Positions 1 through 7,860 of a DNA stretch of 64,000 nucleotides are shown here, piece by piece. The notes beneath the pieces are model-generated. The model was not told the origin of the DNA, ran no database searches, and saw only the letters and a list, made by a program, of their open reading frames with translations. Position 1 is the first letter of the stretch; each line of letters opens with the position of its first letter. The position numbers were made by a program, and so were the translations under genes. This DNA is from Acidimicrobiia bacterium (GTDB lineage: Bacteria > Actinomycetota > Acidimicrobiia > Spongiisociales > ZC4RG35). The DNA lies in NCBI GenBank assembly GCA_035525055.1, contig DATLEZ010000133.1, positions 35,943 through 99,942 on the forward strand, written 5' to 3'.

Positions 1-30
1 ACGAAAACGCCACCGCAAGCGAGGAACACC

Positions 31-1755
31 ATGACCAAGATGACCGGAGCCCAAGCCCTCATCACCTCCCTCGAGTACGAAGGGGTAGACATTGTCTTTG
101 GTGTACCGGGAGGGGCCATCCTCCCCGCTTACGACCCGCTGCTCGACTCACCGATTCGACACATCCTGGCCCGCCATGAGCAAGGGGCGGGACATATGGC
201 CGAGGGCTTCGCCTGGGCCACCGGAAGGGTCGGAGTCTGCATCGCCACGTCGGGTCCCGGTGCCACCAACCTGGTGACCCCCTTGGCCGATGCTCTCATG
301 GACTCAGTTCCACTGGTTGCGATCACAGGGCAAGTCCCGACATCTTCGGTCGGCAACGACGCCTTCCAGGAGGCCTACACGACGGGGATCACGATGCCCG
401 CGACCAAGCACAACTATTTCGTGACCGATCCCAATGACATCGCCGACACGATCCACGAGGCCTTTCACATTGCCTCCACGGGTCGGCCTGGCCCGGTCCT
501 GGTTGACCTTCCCAAGGACATCCTCAATCAGTCCTTGACCTGGAAGAACCCCAAGGCGCTCAACATGCCCGGTTACAAGCCGACCGTGGACGGACATCCG
601 AGACGGATCAAGGAAGCCATCGAGTTGATCGCCCAATCCAAGCGGCCGGTGCTCTATATCGGCGGGGGCGTCATCAAAGCCAACGGATCCAAAGAGTTGC
701 GGAGGCTGGCCGAACTCACCGGGGCCCCGGTCAGCACCACCCTGATGGGCCGCGGTGCCTTCCCCGACTCACATCCTCTGGCGATGGGGATGCCCGGTAT
801 GCACGGCACTTACACCTCGATCACCGCCATTCAGAAGGCCGACCTTCTCATCTCGATCGGCGTGCGCTTCGATGATCGCGTCACCGGCAATCCGAAATTC
901 TTCGCACCCCACGCCAAAGTGATCCACGTCGATGTCGATCCCGCCGAAATCGGAAAGGTGCGCGTGGCGGACGTGCCGATCGTCGGTGACGCTCGCCGGG
1001 TGATGGAGCAAATGATCGAAGCGTGGGGTGAGCGCGATGTCCCCGACCGCACCGCCTGGCTCGACACCATCCGCCGGTGGCAGCAGGAATATCCGCTTCG
1101 CTACGACCAGGACGCCGATGGACCGATCAAGCCGCAATTCGTGGTTGAAGAGTTGTACCGGTTGACCGGCGGCGATGCCACCGTGGTCGCCGGCGTGGGC
1201 CAGCATCAGATGTGGACCAGCCAGTTCTGGAAGTTCGACAGGCCCCGTCGTTGGATCAACTCGGGAGGGCTGGGAACGATGGGCTTCGCAGTTCCTGCCG
1301 CCATCGGGGCCAAAGCCGGCATGCCCGACGATCTGATTTTCGCCATCGATGGCGACGGCTGTTTCCAGATGACCTTCAACGAACTCGTCACTGCCGCAGT
1401 GGAGAAGATCCCGGTGAAGATCGCCGTCTTCAACAACGGCGTCCACGGCATGGTCACTCAGTGGCAGCGCCTCTTCTACGGCGGCCGCTTTTCGGGAACG
1501 ATCCTGGGAGACGTCATCGACTACCCCAAGCTCGCCGAAGCGATGGGTTGCGCCGGCTTCCGGGCCGAGACCCCGGACGAGGTGGGCCCCACCCTGGAGA
1601 AGGCCCTGGCGATCGACGACCGGCCGGTCGTTGTCGAGATGGTGGTCGATCGCGAGGAGATGGTTTTCCCGATGGTCCCGGCCGGTGGCTCCAACGACGA
1701 AGTCATCCTGGGCCCATCGGAAAGAGTGATCAGCCCGGCGAGTGACCTGCCATGA
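31..1755 (+). CDS. ilvB: Acetolactate (acetohydroxyacid) synthase large catalytic subunit
   Basis: 574-aa ORF. It has an N-terminal 'GAQALITSLEYEGVDIVFGVPGGAILPAYD', 'RHEQGAGHMAEG' and the ThDP motif 'GGLGTMGFAVPAAIGAK...IDGDGCFQM'. A GAGGAA SD-like sequence lies upstream, and ilvN and ilvC follow immediately. Confidence 0.95.
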   Translation: MTKMTGAQALITSLEYEGVDIVFGVPGGAILPAYDPLLDSPIRHILARHEQGAGHMAEGFAWATGRVGVCIATSGPGATNLVTPLADALMDSVPLVAITGQVPTSSVGNDAFQEAYTTGITMPATKHNYFVTDPNDIADTIHEAFHIASTGRPGPVLVDLPKDILNQSLTWKNPKALNMPGYKPTVDGHPRRIKEAIELIAQSKRPVLYIGGGVIKANGSKELRRLAELTGAPVSTTLMGRGAFPDSHPLAMGMPGMHGTYTSITAIQKADLLISIGVRFDDRVTGNPKFFAPHAKVIHVDVDPAEIGKVRVADVPIVGDARRVMEQMIEAWGERDVPDRTAWLDTIRRWQQEYPLRYDQDADGPIKPQFVVEELYRLTGGDATVVAGVGQHQMWTSQFWKFDRPRRWINSGGLGTMGFAVPAAIGAKAGMPDDLIFAIDGDGCFQMTFNELVTAAVEKIPVKIAVFNNGVHGMVTQWQRLFYGGRFSGTILGDVIDYPKLAEAMGCAGFRAETPDEVGPTLEKALAIDDRPVVVEMVVDREEMVFPMVPAGGSNDEVILGPSERVISPASDLP

Positions 1756-1775
1756 GTCGTCGCTTCGCTCCTCCC

Positions 1776-1806
1776 GTTATGCGTTATGCGTCGCACCACG
1801 CACCAC
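1776..1806. repeat. Two adjacent tandem heptamer pairs (GTTATGC x2, GCACCAC x2) in the ilvB-ilvN spacer
   Basis: Read directly: gttatgc gttatgc gtc gcaccac gcaccac. It is followed by the small hairpin gctcc-gaa-ggagc, which carries the ilvN SD. Confidence 0.8.
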
Positions 1807-1828
1807 CACCGCTCCGAAGGAGCGGTTC

Positions 1829-2332
1829 ATGAACCACACTCTTTCTGTCATCGTTGAGGACAAGCCGGGGGTTTTGGCGCGGGTTTCTTCGCTGCTGGCC
1901 CGCCGCGGCTTCAACATCCACTCGCTGGCAGTGGGACCCTCCCACGAAGAGGGCATGTCGCGAATGACCATCGTCGTCGACGCCCCCGAAGTCGAACAGG
2001 TGAAGAAGCAGCTGCACAAGCTCATCAACGTTGTGAAGATCTTCGAGTTCGACCCGGCATTCTCGATCGAGCGCGAGATCATGCTCGTGCGCGTCGCCAG
2101 TGGCTCCGGCAAACGTGGAGAGATCCTCGAGATCGCTTCGATCTTCGATGCCATCGCGGTCGATGTCGGCGCCAACTCGATCAGTTTCCAGATCGCCGGC
2201 GATCCCCGTAAGGTCAACGACTTCCTCGAACTGGTGCGCCCTTTCGGGCTGGTCGAATTAGTCAAGTCGGGACGGGTGGCATTGGCGCGAGAACCGAAAG
2301 GACGCCCGGCCAAGCTGCGGGCCGTCACCTGA
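1829..2332 (+). CDS. ilvN: Acetolactate synthase small regulatory subunit (ACT domain)
   Basis: An internal ATG of the 1742..2332 ORF gives 'MNHTLSVIVEDKPGVLARVSSLLARRGFNIHSLAVG', the classic IlvN N-terminus. AAGGAG lies 6 nt upstream. The 29 codons before this start are non-homologous. Confidence 0.9.
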   Translation: MNHTLSVIVEDKPGVLARVSSLLARRGFNIHSLAVGPSHEEGMSRMTIVVDAPEVEQVKKQLHKLINVVKIFEFDPAFSIEREIMLVRVASGSGKRGEILEIASIFDAIAVDVGANSISFQIAGDPRKVNDFLELVRPFGLVELVKSGRVALAREPKGRPAKLRAVT

Positions 2333-2353
2333 GTTATCGGAGGCATGAAGGCA

Positions 2354-3358
2354 ATGGCAACGATCTACTACGAAAAGGATGCCGACCCGGCATTGATCAA
2401 GGACCGCAAGGTCGCTGTGATCGGGTACGGCAGCCAGGGTCACGCCCACGCCCTCAACATGAAGGAGTCCGGAATCGACGTCGTGGTCGGACTGAAGGAG
2501 GGCTCAGCCTCCAAGGCGAAAGCCGAAGCGGAGGGACTTAAGGTCATGACGCCCGGCGAGGCGGCAAGATGGGCCAACGTCGTGATGTTGCTCGTGCCCG
2601 ACCAGCACATGGGCGATCTCTATCAGAACGACATTGCCCCCAACCTCGACCGTGACGATGCCCTTCTCTTTGCCCACGGGTTCAACATCCACTTCGAAGC
2701 GATCGAACCGCCGGGTGACGTCGACGTGCTGATGATCGCCCCCAAAGGACCTGGACATCTGGTCAGGCGGACCTTCACCGAAGGCTCGGGAGTGCCGTGT
2801 CTTCTGGCTGTGCATCAGGACGCCACCGGAACGGCGAACGCTCTCGGCCTCTCCTACGCCTGGGCCATCGGGGGGACCCGGGCGGGAGTCCTGCTCACGA
2901 CCTTCAAGGAAGAAACCGAGACCGACCTGTTCGGCGAACAGGTGATTCTCTGCGGCGGCCTGTCCCAGTTGGTCAAGAATGCCTATGAGACCCTGGTCGA
3001 CGCCGGCTATCAGCCCGAGTCGGCCTACTTCGAGACACTCCACGAACTCAAGCTCATCGTCGATCTCATGTACGAGGGTGGCCTGTCGTGGATGCGCTAT
3101 TCGATCTCGGATACAGCCGAGTACGGCGACTACACCCGCGGCTCGAGGATCGTCAACGAGGAGTCCAAGGCGGAGATGCGCAAGGTCCTCGACGAGATCC
3201 AGTCGGGAGCTTTTGCCAACGAGTGGCTGGCCCAGGCGCGTGAGGGAGCACCCTTCCTGCTCGAGCAGCGCGCAGCCAACCGCAACCACCCGATCGAAGT
3301 GGTGGGAGCCGAACTCCGCGAGCTGATGCCCTTCATGAAACCGAAGCACGCCCCATGA
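2354..3358 (+). CDS. ilvC: Ketol-acid reductoisomerase (class I)
   Basis: Motifs 'IYYEKDAD', '[21 protein letters not shown]' and 'AHGFNIHF'. GGAGG at 2339-2343 is well spaced for the ATG at 2354. The alternative in-frame ATG at 2345 is only 1 nt from the SD. Confidence 0.93.
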   Translation: MATIYYEKDADPALIKDRKVAVIGYGSQGHAHALNMKESGIDVVVGLKEGSASKAKAEAEGLKVMTPGEAARWANVVMLLVPDQHMGDLYQNDIAPNLDRDDALLFAHGFNIHFEAIEPPGDVDVLMIAPKGPGHLVRRTFTEGSGVPCLLAVHQDATGTANALGLSYAWAIGGTRAGVLLTTFKEETETDLFGEQVILCGGLSQLVKNAYETLVDAGYQPESAYFETLHELKLIVDLMYEGGLSWMRYSISDTAEYGDYTRGSRIVNEESKAEMRKVLDEIQSGAFANEWLAQAREGAPFLLEQRAANRNHPIEVVGAELRELMPFMKPKHAP

Positions 3359-3366
3359 GCAAAGCA

Positions 3367-3381
3367 GACGGAAGACGGAAG
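3367..3381 (+). repeat. (GACGGAA)x2 heptamer repeat, located in the loop of an AGCAGAC/GTCTGCT hairpin after ilvC
   Basis: Read directly. The stem is 3363-3369 / 3389-3395. This is the complement-type partner of the CTTCCGA array 60 nt downstream. Confidence 0.85.
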
Positions 3382-3444
3382 TGATCCTGTCTGCTGGCGG
3401 GCTACTGGCGCTTTGATGGCCGGGCGGCGATAAGCCGACTCGGC

Positions 3445-3479
3445 CTTCCGACTTCCGACTTCCGACTTCCGACTTCCGA
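3445..3479 (+). repeat. (CTTCCGA)x5 perfect tandem heptamer array abutting the leuA RBS
   Basis: Five perfect 7-nt units read directly. GGAG (3482-3485) and the leuA ATG (3493) follow immediately. Confidence 0.9.
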
Positions 3480-3492
3480 CTGGAGCACCTTC

Positions 3493-4995
3493 ATGAATGA
3501 CCGCATAACTATCTTCGATACCACTCTTCGGGACGGGGAACAGGCCCCGGGGATCGCCTTGACACCCGATGAGAAAGTCACGATCGCTCATCAGCTGGCC
3601 AAGCTGCGGGTAGACGTCCTGGAGGCAGGCTTCGCCGCCTCCTCCCCCGGCGACTTCGAGGCCGTCTCGCGTATCGCCGCCGGTGTCCGAGGGCCGGTAA
3701 TCGCCTCGTTGGCCCGGGCCCATCCCGACGACATCGACAAGGCGCACGACGCGCTGAAGTCGGCTGATCGCTATCGAATCCACGTCTTCATGTCGACGTC
3801 GGCGATCCATATGGAGAAGATGCTCCGGCTCACTCCCGATGAGGTGCTGAAGGCATCGATCGAAGGGGTGCGACGAGCCCGCGGCTACACCGACGACGTA
3901 GAGTTCTCACCCCAGGACGCCACCCGATCCGATCCTGACTTCATGATCGCCGTTTGCAGGGCGGCGGTGGAGGCGGGGGCTACCACTATCAACATCCCCG
4001 ACACCGTTGGGTTCGCCACACCTATCGAATTCGCCGAACTCCTCAAGCGGGTCTTCAAGGAGGTGCGGGGGGACCGCGAGGACGTGATCATGTCCGTGCA
4101 CTGTCACAACGACCTCGGCTTGGCGGTGGCCAACTCCCTCGCGTCTCTAGCGGCCGGAGCCCGTCAAATCGAAGGCGCGATCAACGGCATCGGTGAGCGG
4201 GCAGGCAATACCTCAATCGAGGAGGTGGTCATGGCGATCAAGACCCGCCAGGACGTATATGGGGTCGATCTCGGGGTCGACACCACCCAGCTGTATGACA
4301 CCTCCCGCCTGGTGGCGCGTTTGACCGGCTATCCGGTCCAGTACAACAAGGCTGTCGTCGGTCGCAATGCGTTCGCCCACGAGTCCGGCATCCACCAGCA
4401 CGGAGTGCTCAGGGACAAGGAGACCTACGAAATCATGGATGCGGCGGCCGTCGGCCAGCAAGCCGCCCAGATCGTCCTCGGCAAGCACTCGGGACGGGCC
4501 GGCTTCCTCGACGCCCTCGACAAGATGGGCATCACCCTCGAAGAGGACGCCTTCACCCGCGCCTTCGAGCGCTTCAAGCAACTGGCGGATCGCAAGATCC
4601 AGATCGGCGAGGACGAGGTAAGAGCGATCGTGGAAGACCAGACCGGGGAGTCCACGGAGAAGGTCAAGATGGTCAGCCTCCACGTTGCCGGAGGCAACGA
4701 GGTCACGCCGACTGCCACAGTGAAGGTGATCAAGGATGGCGTCGAACAGACGTACATTGGCCAGGGGGACGGCATGGTGCATGCCACCTTCGCCGCGCTG
4801 CGGCTTGCCTTCGAGACGGAGGCGAGGTTGATCGACTACCGGGTGGTACCGGTCACGTCGGGGGCAGATGCCATGGCGGAGGTCAACGTGGTAGTCAGGG
4901 TCGGCGATCGCACCTTTGCCGGACACTCGCTGAATACCGATGTCGTCGAGGGATCCGCCGAGGCGTTTGCGAACGCGTTGAATAAAGCCGGCTGA
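3493..4995 (+). CDS. leuA: 2-isopropylmalate synthase (short LeuA/CimA-type; citramalate synthase not excluded)
   Basis: 500-aa ORF with 'IFDTTLRDGEQAPG', 'HCHNDLGLAVANSLA', 'ERAGN' and 'HESGIHQ' motifs plus a C-terminal LeuA regulatory domain. Confidence 0.88.
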   Translation: MNDRITIFDTTLRDGEQAPGIALTPDEKVTIAHQLAKLRVDVLEAGFAASSPGDFEAVSRIAAGVRGPVIASLARAHPDDIDKAHDALKSADRYRIHVFMSTSAIHMEKMLRLTPDEVLKASIEGVRRARGYTDDVEFSPQDATRSDPDFMIAVCRAAVEAGATTINIPDTVGFATPIEFAELLKRVFKEVRGDREDVIMSVHCHNDLGLAVANSLASLAAGARQIEGAINGIGERAGNTSIEEVVMAIKTRQDVYGVDLGVDTTQLYDTSRLVARLTGYPVQYNKAVVGRNAFAHESGIHQHGVLRDKETYEIMDAAAVGQQAAQIVLGKHSGRAGFLDALDKMGITLEEDAFTRAFERFKQLADRKIQIGEDEVRAIVEDQTGESTEKVKMVSLHVAGGNEVTPTATVKVIKDGVEQTYIGQGDGMVHATFAALRLAFETEARLIDYRVVPVTSGADAMAEVNVVVRVGDRTFAGHSLNTDVVEGSAEAFANALNKAG

Positions 4996-5003
4996 TTGAG
5001 GAA

Positions 5004-5053
5004 CGCGATCCGCTATCCGCTAGAACCCCGATTCTGGCGGATCGCGGATCGCG
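5004..5053. terminator. 17-bp stem hairpin whose arms are tandem GATCCGC duplications (leuA terminator candidate)
   Basis: The arm cgcgatccgctatccgc (5004-5020) pairs with gcggatcgcggatcgcg (5037-5053) with one mismatch and a 16-nt loop. There is no clear T-tract. Confidence 0.6.
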
Positions 5054-5134
5054 AACTCCCAAGTTTGCTTCGTATCCAGCCCAGAGCTGACAAGGTAATG
5101 TTCCTCGCCACCGTGCCCGCTCGCGAGCAGATCT

Positions 5135-6442
5135 ATTAGTACAGGCGCCGGCCTTCTAGCCGTTGCGATACTCGTTCTTCTTACGGCCTTCTTTGTCGCT
5201 GGTGAATTCGCCCTTGTAGCCGTCGATCGAAGTCGGGTGAAGAGGCTTGCCCAGGAAGGGGATCGGCGGGCGACCCAGGTCGACCGCAGCCTCCGCCAGC
5301 TCTCCTTCGAGTTGTCGGGAGCCCAACTCGGGATCACCGTCACCTCGCTGCTGACCGGTGCCATCGCCGAACCGGCTCTGGCGGACCTGTTCGATCCCAT
5401 CCTCACTCGCATCGGCTGGACCGGTGTCACCGACAACCCGGCGGTGAAGGTCGGTCTAGCGCTCTTCGTTGCCAATGTCGCGTCGATGCTGATCGGCGAG
5501 CTGGTGCCCAAGAACTTCGCCATCGCCAAGCCCTACGCAACCGCGGTCCTGGTGGCGATCCCGATGTCGTTCCTCAACAGGCTCCTGCGTCCGATCATCC
5601 TCTTCCTCAATCACTCGGCCAACTGGACTGTTCGCCGTTTTGGCATCGAGCCCCGCGAGGAACTAGCGGGAGTGCGGTCGCTCGAAGAGCTCGAACTCAT
5701 GATCCGTTCGTCGGGGAAAGAGGGGGAACTTGACGACGCCGAGCTGTCACTTCTTACTCGGGCCATCTCGTTCACGGAGAAGGTCGCGGCAGACGTGATG
5801 GTGCCGCGGGTAGCGGTCGACTCCCTGTCACGCCACGACTCGGTCGCCGATCTACGCCGCCTGGCTCGCGAGACCGGCCACTCGCGTTTCCCGGTGACAG
5901 GCGAAGACTTCGACGAGGTCGTGGGCGTCGTCCATGTGAAGGACTCATTCAAAGTCCCCCCCGAGCGTCGCTCCATCACACCTGTCGGGCACATTGCCAA
6001 GCCTGCCCTGGCGATTCCAGACTCACGGCCCCTGGATCAGTTACTCATCGACATGCAACGACAAAGCCGGGCTCTGGCGATAGTCGTCGACGAGTACGGA
6101 GGCACAGCCGGAATCATCACCATTGAGGACCTTCTCGAAGAGATCCTCGGCGAGATCGCAGACGAGCACGACCCGGTAGATGCCAATGGATCGGCTCTCC
6201 AATCCGGCAATCAACGAGAGGTTCCCGGTCAGATCAACCGCCACGACCTCGAGGAGGAATTCGGACTGGAGCTCCCGGAAGGACACTTCGAAACGTTGGG
6301 CGGTTTCGTCATATCTCAGCTCGGCCGGTTCCCCCAGCCCGGTGACCGGGTCGCCTACGAGGGTTGGATCTTCGAGGTCCTCGAGATGGATGGCCGCCGG
6401 ATCGAACGGGTCAAGGTCACGATTCCTGAGGGGATGCCATGA
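5135..6442 (+). CDS. CNNM/CorC-HlyC family transporter (DUF21 + CBS pair + CorC_HlyC)
   Basis: The track ORF starts at GTG 5237 ('[11 protein letters not shown]'). The frame is open back to 5099 and encodes '[31 protein letters not shown]', the conserved DUF21 TM1 / 'FFVAAEFA' motif also seen in the paralog at 6439. No ATG/GTG/TTG exists in 5099-5236, so the 5' end is uncertain; ATT at 5135 is one option. Confidence 0.8.
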   Translation: MSTGAGLLAVAILVLLTAFFVAGEFALVAVDRSRVKRLAQEGDRRATQVDRSLRQLSFELSGAQLGITVTSLLTGAIAEPALADLFDPILTRIGWTGVTDNPAVKVGLALFVANVASMLIGELVPKNFAIAKPYATAVLVAIPMSFLNRLLRPIILFLNHSANWTVRRFGIEPREELAGVRSLEELELMIRSSGKEGELDDAELSLLTRAISFTEKVAADVMVPRVAVDSLSRHDSVADLRRLARETGHSRFPVTGEDFDEVVGVVHVKDSFKVPPERRSITPVGHIAKPALAIPDSRPLDQLLIDMQRQSRALAIVVDEYGGTAGIITIEDLLEEILGEIADEHDPVDANGSALQSGNQREVPGQINRHDLEEEFGLELPEGHFETLGGFVISQLGRFPQPGDRVAYEGWIFEVLEMDGRRIERVKVTIPEGMP

Positions 6443-7719
6443 ACTTTGGTGCCCTGATGTGGATGCTGTTCCTGCTGGTCGCCAACGGATTCTTCGTCGC
6501 GGCCGAGTTCGCCTTCACCGCCGCCCGCAAGGAAGTAATCGAGAAGATCGGTACCAGGCCCGCCAAGGCGGCCCTGGGAGCAATGAGGGAGCTGTCCAAT
6601 ACTTTGGCCGGTGCACAGCTAGGGATCACACTGGCCACCCTGCTGCTCGGTTTCGTAGCCGAACCTTCGGTGGCACGCCTGCTCGAGACCTTGTTCGGAT
6701 GGCTGCCGATCCCCTCCTCCGTCCTTCACACGATCGCCCTTGTCATAGCAATCCTGATCGTCGTCTTCCTGCACATGGTCATCGGGGAGATGGCCCCGAA
6801 GAACATCGCCATCGCCAACCCCGAAAGGCTTGCCCTGTGGCTGGCCATTCCGTGGCGGACCTACATGACCGTGTTCCGGCCCCTGGTCTTCGTTCTCAAC
6901 AGCATTGCCAACCTCATCCTAAGAATCTTCGGGGTCGAACCCCGCGACGAACTCGAGACCGTCCACACGGCCGAAGACCTGGCGACAATCATTTCCGCCG
7001 GACGCCAGGAGGGCGTGATCGAGGAGTTCGCCAGCAAGCTGTTGGCCGGGGCGATTCTTTTCTCGGAACGGGCCGCTGCCGAAGTGATGGTCCCTCGCCC
7101 CGACATCGTCGCCCTGCCGATGTCGGCCACCTCGGCCGACCTCGAACGAGTGGTCACCGACGAAGGCTTCTCACGAATACCGATTTTCCACCAGGACATC
7201 GACGACATTGTCGGGTTCGTCCACGCCAAAGACCTGCTCTCGATCCCCGACGAGAAGTACAACGAGCCGATCGACCCCATCCTGATCCGACCATTGATGG
7301 TGGCACCGGAGTCGGCGCCGGTACGACCACTTCTCGCGGAGATGCAGCAAACCGGCCGCCATCTCGCTCTGATCATCGACGAGCACGGTGGAGCCGCCGG
7401 TTTGTTGAGCCTCGAAGACATTGTCGAGGAGCTGGTCGGCGAGATCCGCGACGAATACGACGAAGGAGAAGCAACCATACGGCGAATCGGCGAAGCCGCC
7501 TGGTACTACGTCCCCGGCTCAGCCCGACCCGATCAGCTCCGCAGCCAGGTCGGCATCAAGCTCCCCGAAGGAGAGTACGAGACCGTGGGGGGCTTCGTCA
7601 TGGACCGCCTCGGCCGGATCCCCCGCCGAGGCGATCGACTGGAGTTCGATGGCTGGGTCATGAGAGTCCGCCGGATGGAAGGTCGCCGCGTGGCCGAGGT
7701 GGAACTGTTGAAGCGGTGA
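6439..7719 (+). CDS. CNNM/CorC-HlyC family transporter, tandem paralog
   Basis: 426 aa with 'LLVANGFFVAAEFAF', a CBS pair and a C-terminal CorC_HlyC domain. ATGA start/stop overlap with the upstream paralog. Confidence 0.9.
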   Translation: MNFGALMWMLFLLVANGFFVAAEFAFTAARKEVIEKIGTRPAKAALGAMRELSNTLAGAQLGITLATLLLGFVAEPSVARLLETLFGWLPIPSSVLHTIALVIAILIVVFLHMVIGEMAPKNIAIANPERLALWLAIPWRTYMTVFRPLVFVLNSIANLILRIFGVEPRDELETVHTAEDLATIISAGRQEGVIEEFASKLLAGAILFSERAAAEVMVPRPDIVALPMSATSADLERVVTDEGFSRIPIFHQDIDDIVGFVHAKDLLSIPDEKYNEPIDPILIRPLMVAPESAPVRPLLAEMQQTGRHLALIIDEHGGAAGLLSLEDIVEELVGEIRDEYDEGEATIRRIGEAAWYYVPGSARPDQLRSQVGIKLPEGEYETVGGFVMDRLGRIPRRGDRLEFDGWVMRVRRMEGRRVAEVELLKR

Positions 7720-7720
7720 G

Positions 7721-7860
7721 GAGCGTGGTGCGGGGTACGTGGTACGTGCAGATCGCAAGCGGTTCGAAGTTTGAGGTTTGGGGTCCGAGGTTTTGACCTT
7801 CAAAGTTCGAACCTGTGCCTCGATCCTTCCTGAACGTACCACGTACCCCGTACCACGCTC
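7721..7860. terminator. Very long nested hairpin filling the entire convergent spacer (bidirectional terminator candidate)
   Basis: The outer arms 7721-7747 and 7834-7860 are 27 nt long and complementary apart from one G:T. They are built from GGTACGT-type tandem units. An imperfect inner hairpin pairs 7761-7776 with 7797-7813. The arms start directly after both stop codons. Confidence 0.7.

Noticed and set aside
3445-3479. Could the heptamer arrays (3445, 39771, 43665) be a CRISPR array or a coding repeat?
   Set aside because: The units are 7 nt and contiguous, with no spacers, and no cas genes are present. The arrays lie outside supported ORFs, and a 7-nt period would break any reading frame.
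3359-3492. Leucine-rich leader peptide or classical attenuator upstream of leuA.
   Set aside because: Translating the spacer in all three forward frames gives no short ORF with consecutive Leu codons. The CTT codons in the repeat occur only once per two units in any frame.
6180-7796. Long alternative-frame or antisense ORFs. Examples are 6180..7796 (538 aa), 12199..13599 (466 aa), 13684..15171 (495 aa), 55118..56110 (330 aa), 61405..62925 (506 aa) and 44343..45440 (365 aa).
   Set aside because: All of them overlap strongly supported genes (CNNM, tricorn, ligA, Pat, M23). Their Arg/Pro/Gly-rich composition is typical of off-frame translation of high-GC DNA, and none has recognisable motifs. 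I treat them as GC-driven artefacts.
7761-7813. tRNA-like T-arm (GGTTCGAA / GTTCGAACC) suggesting a tRNA or tmRNA fragment.
   Set aside because: I found no D-arm, anticodon arm or acceptor/CCA context. The two GGTTCGAA-like strings are simply the two arms of the inner hairpin.
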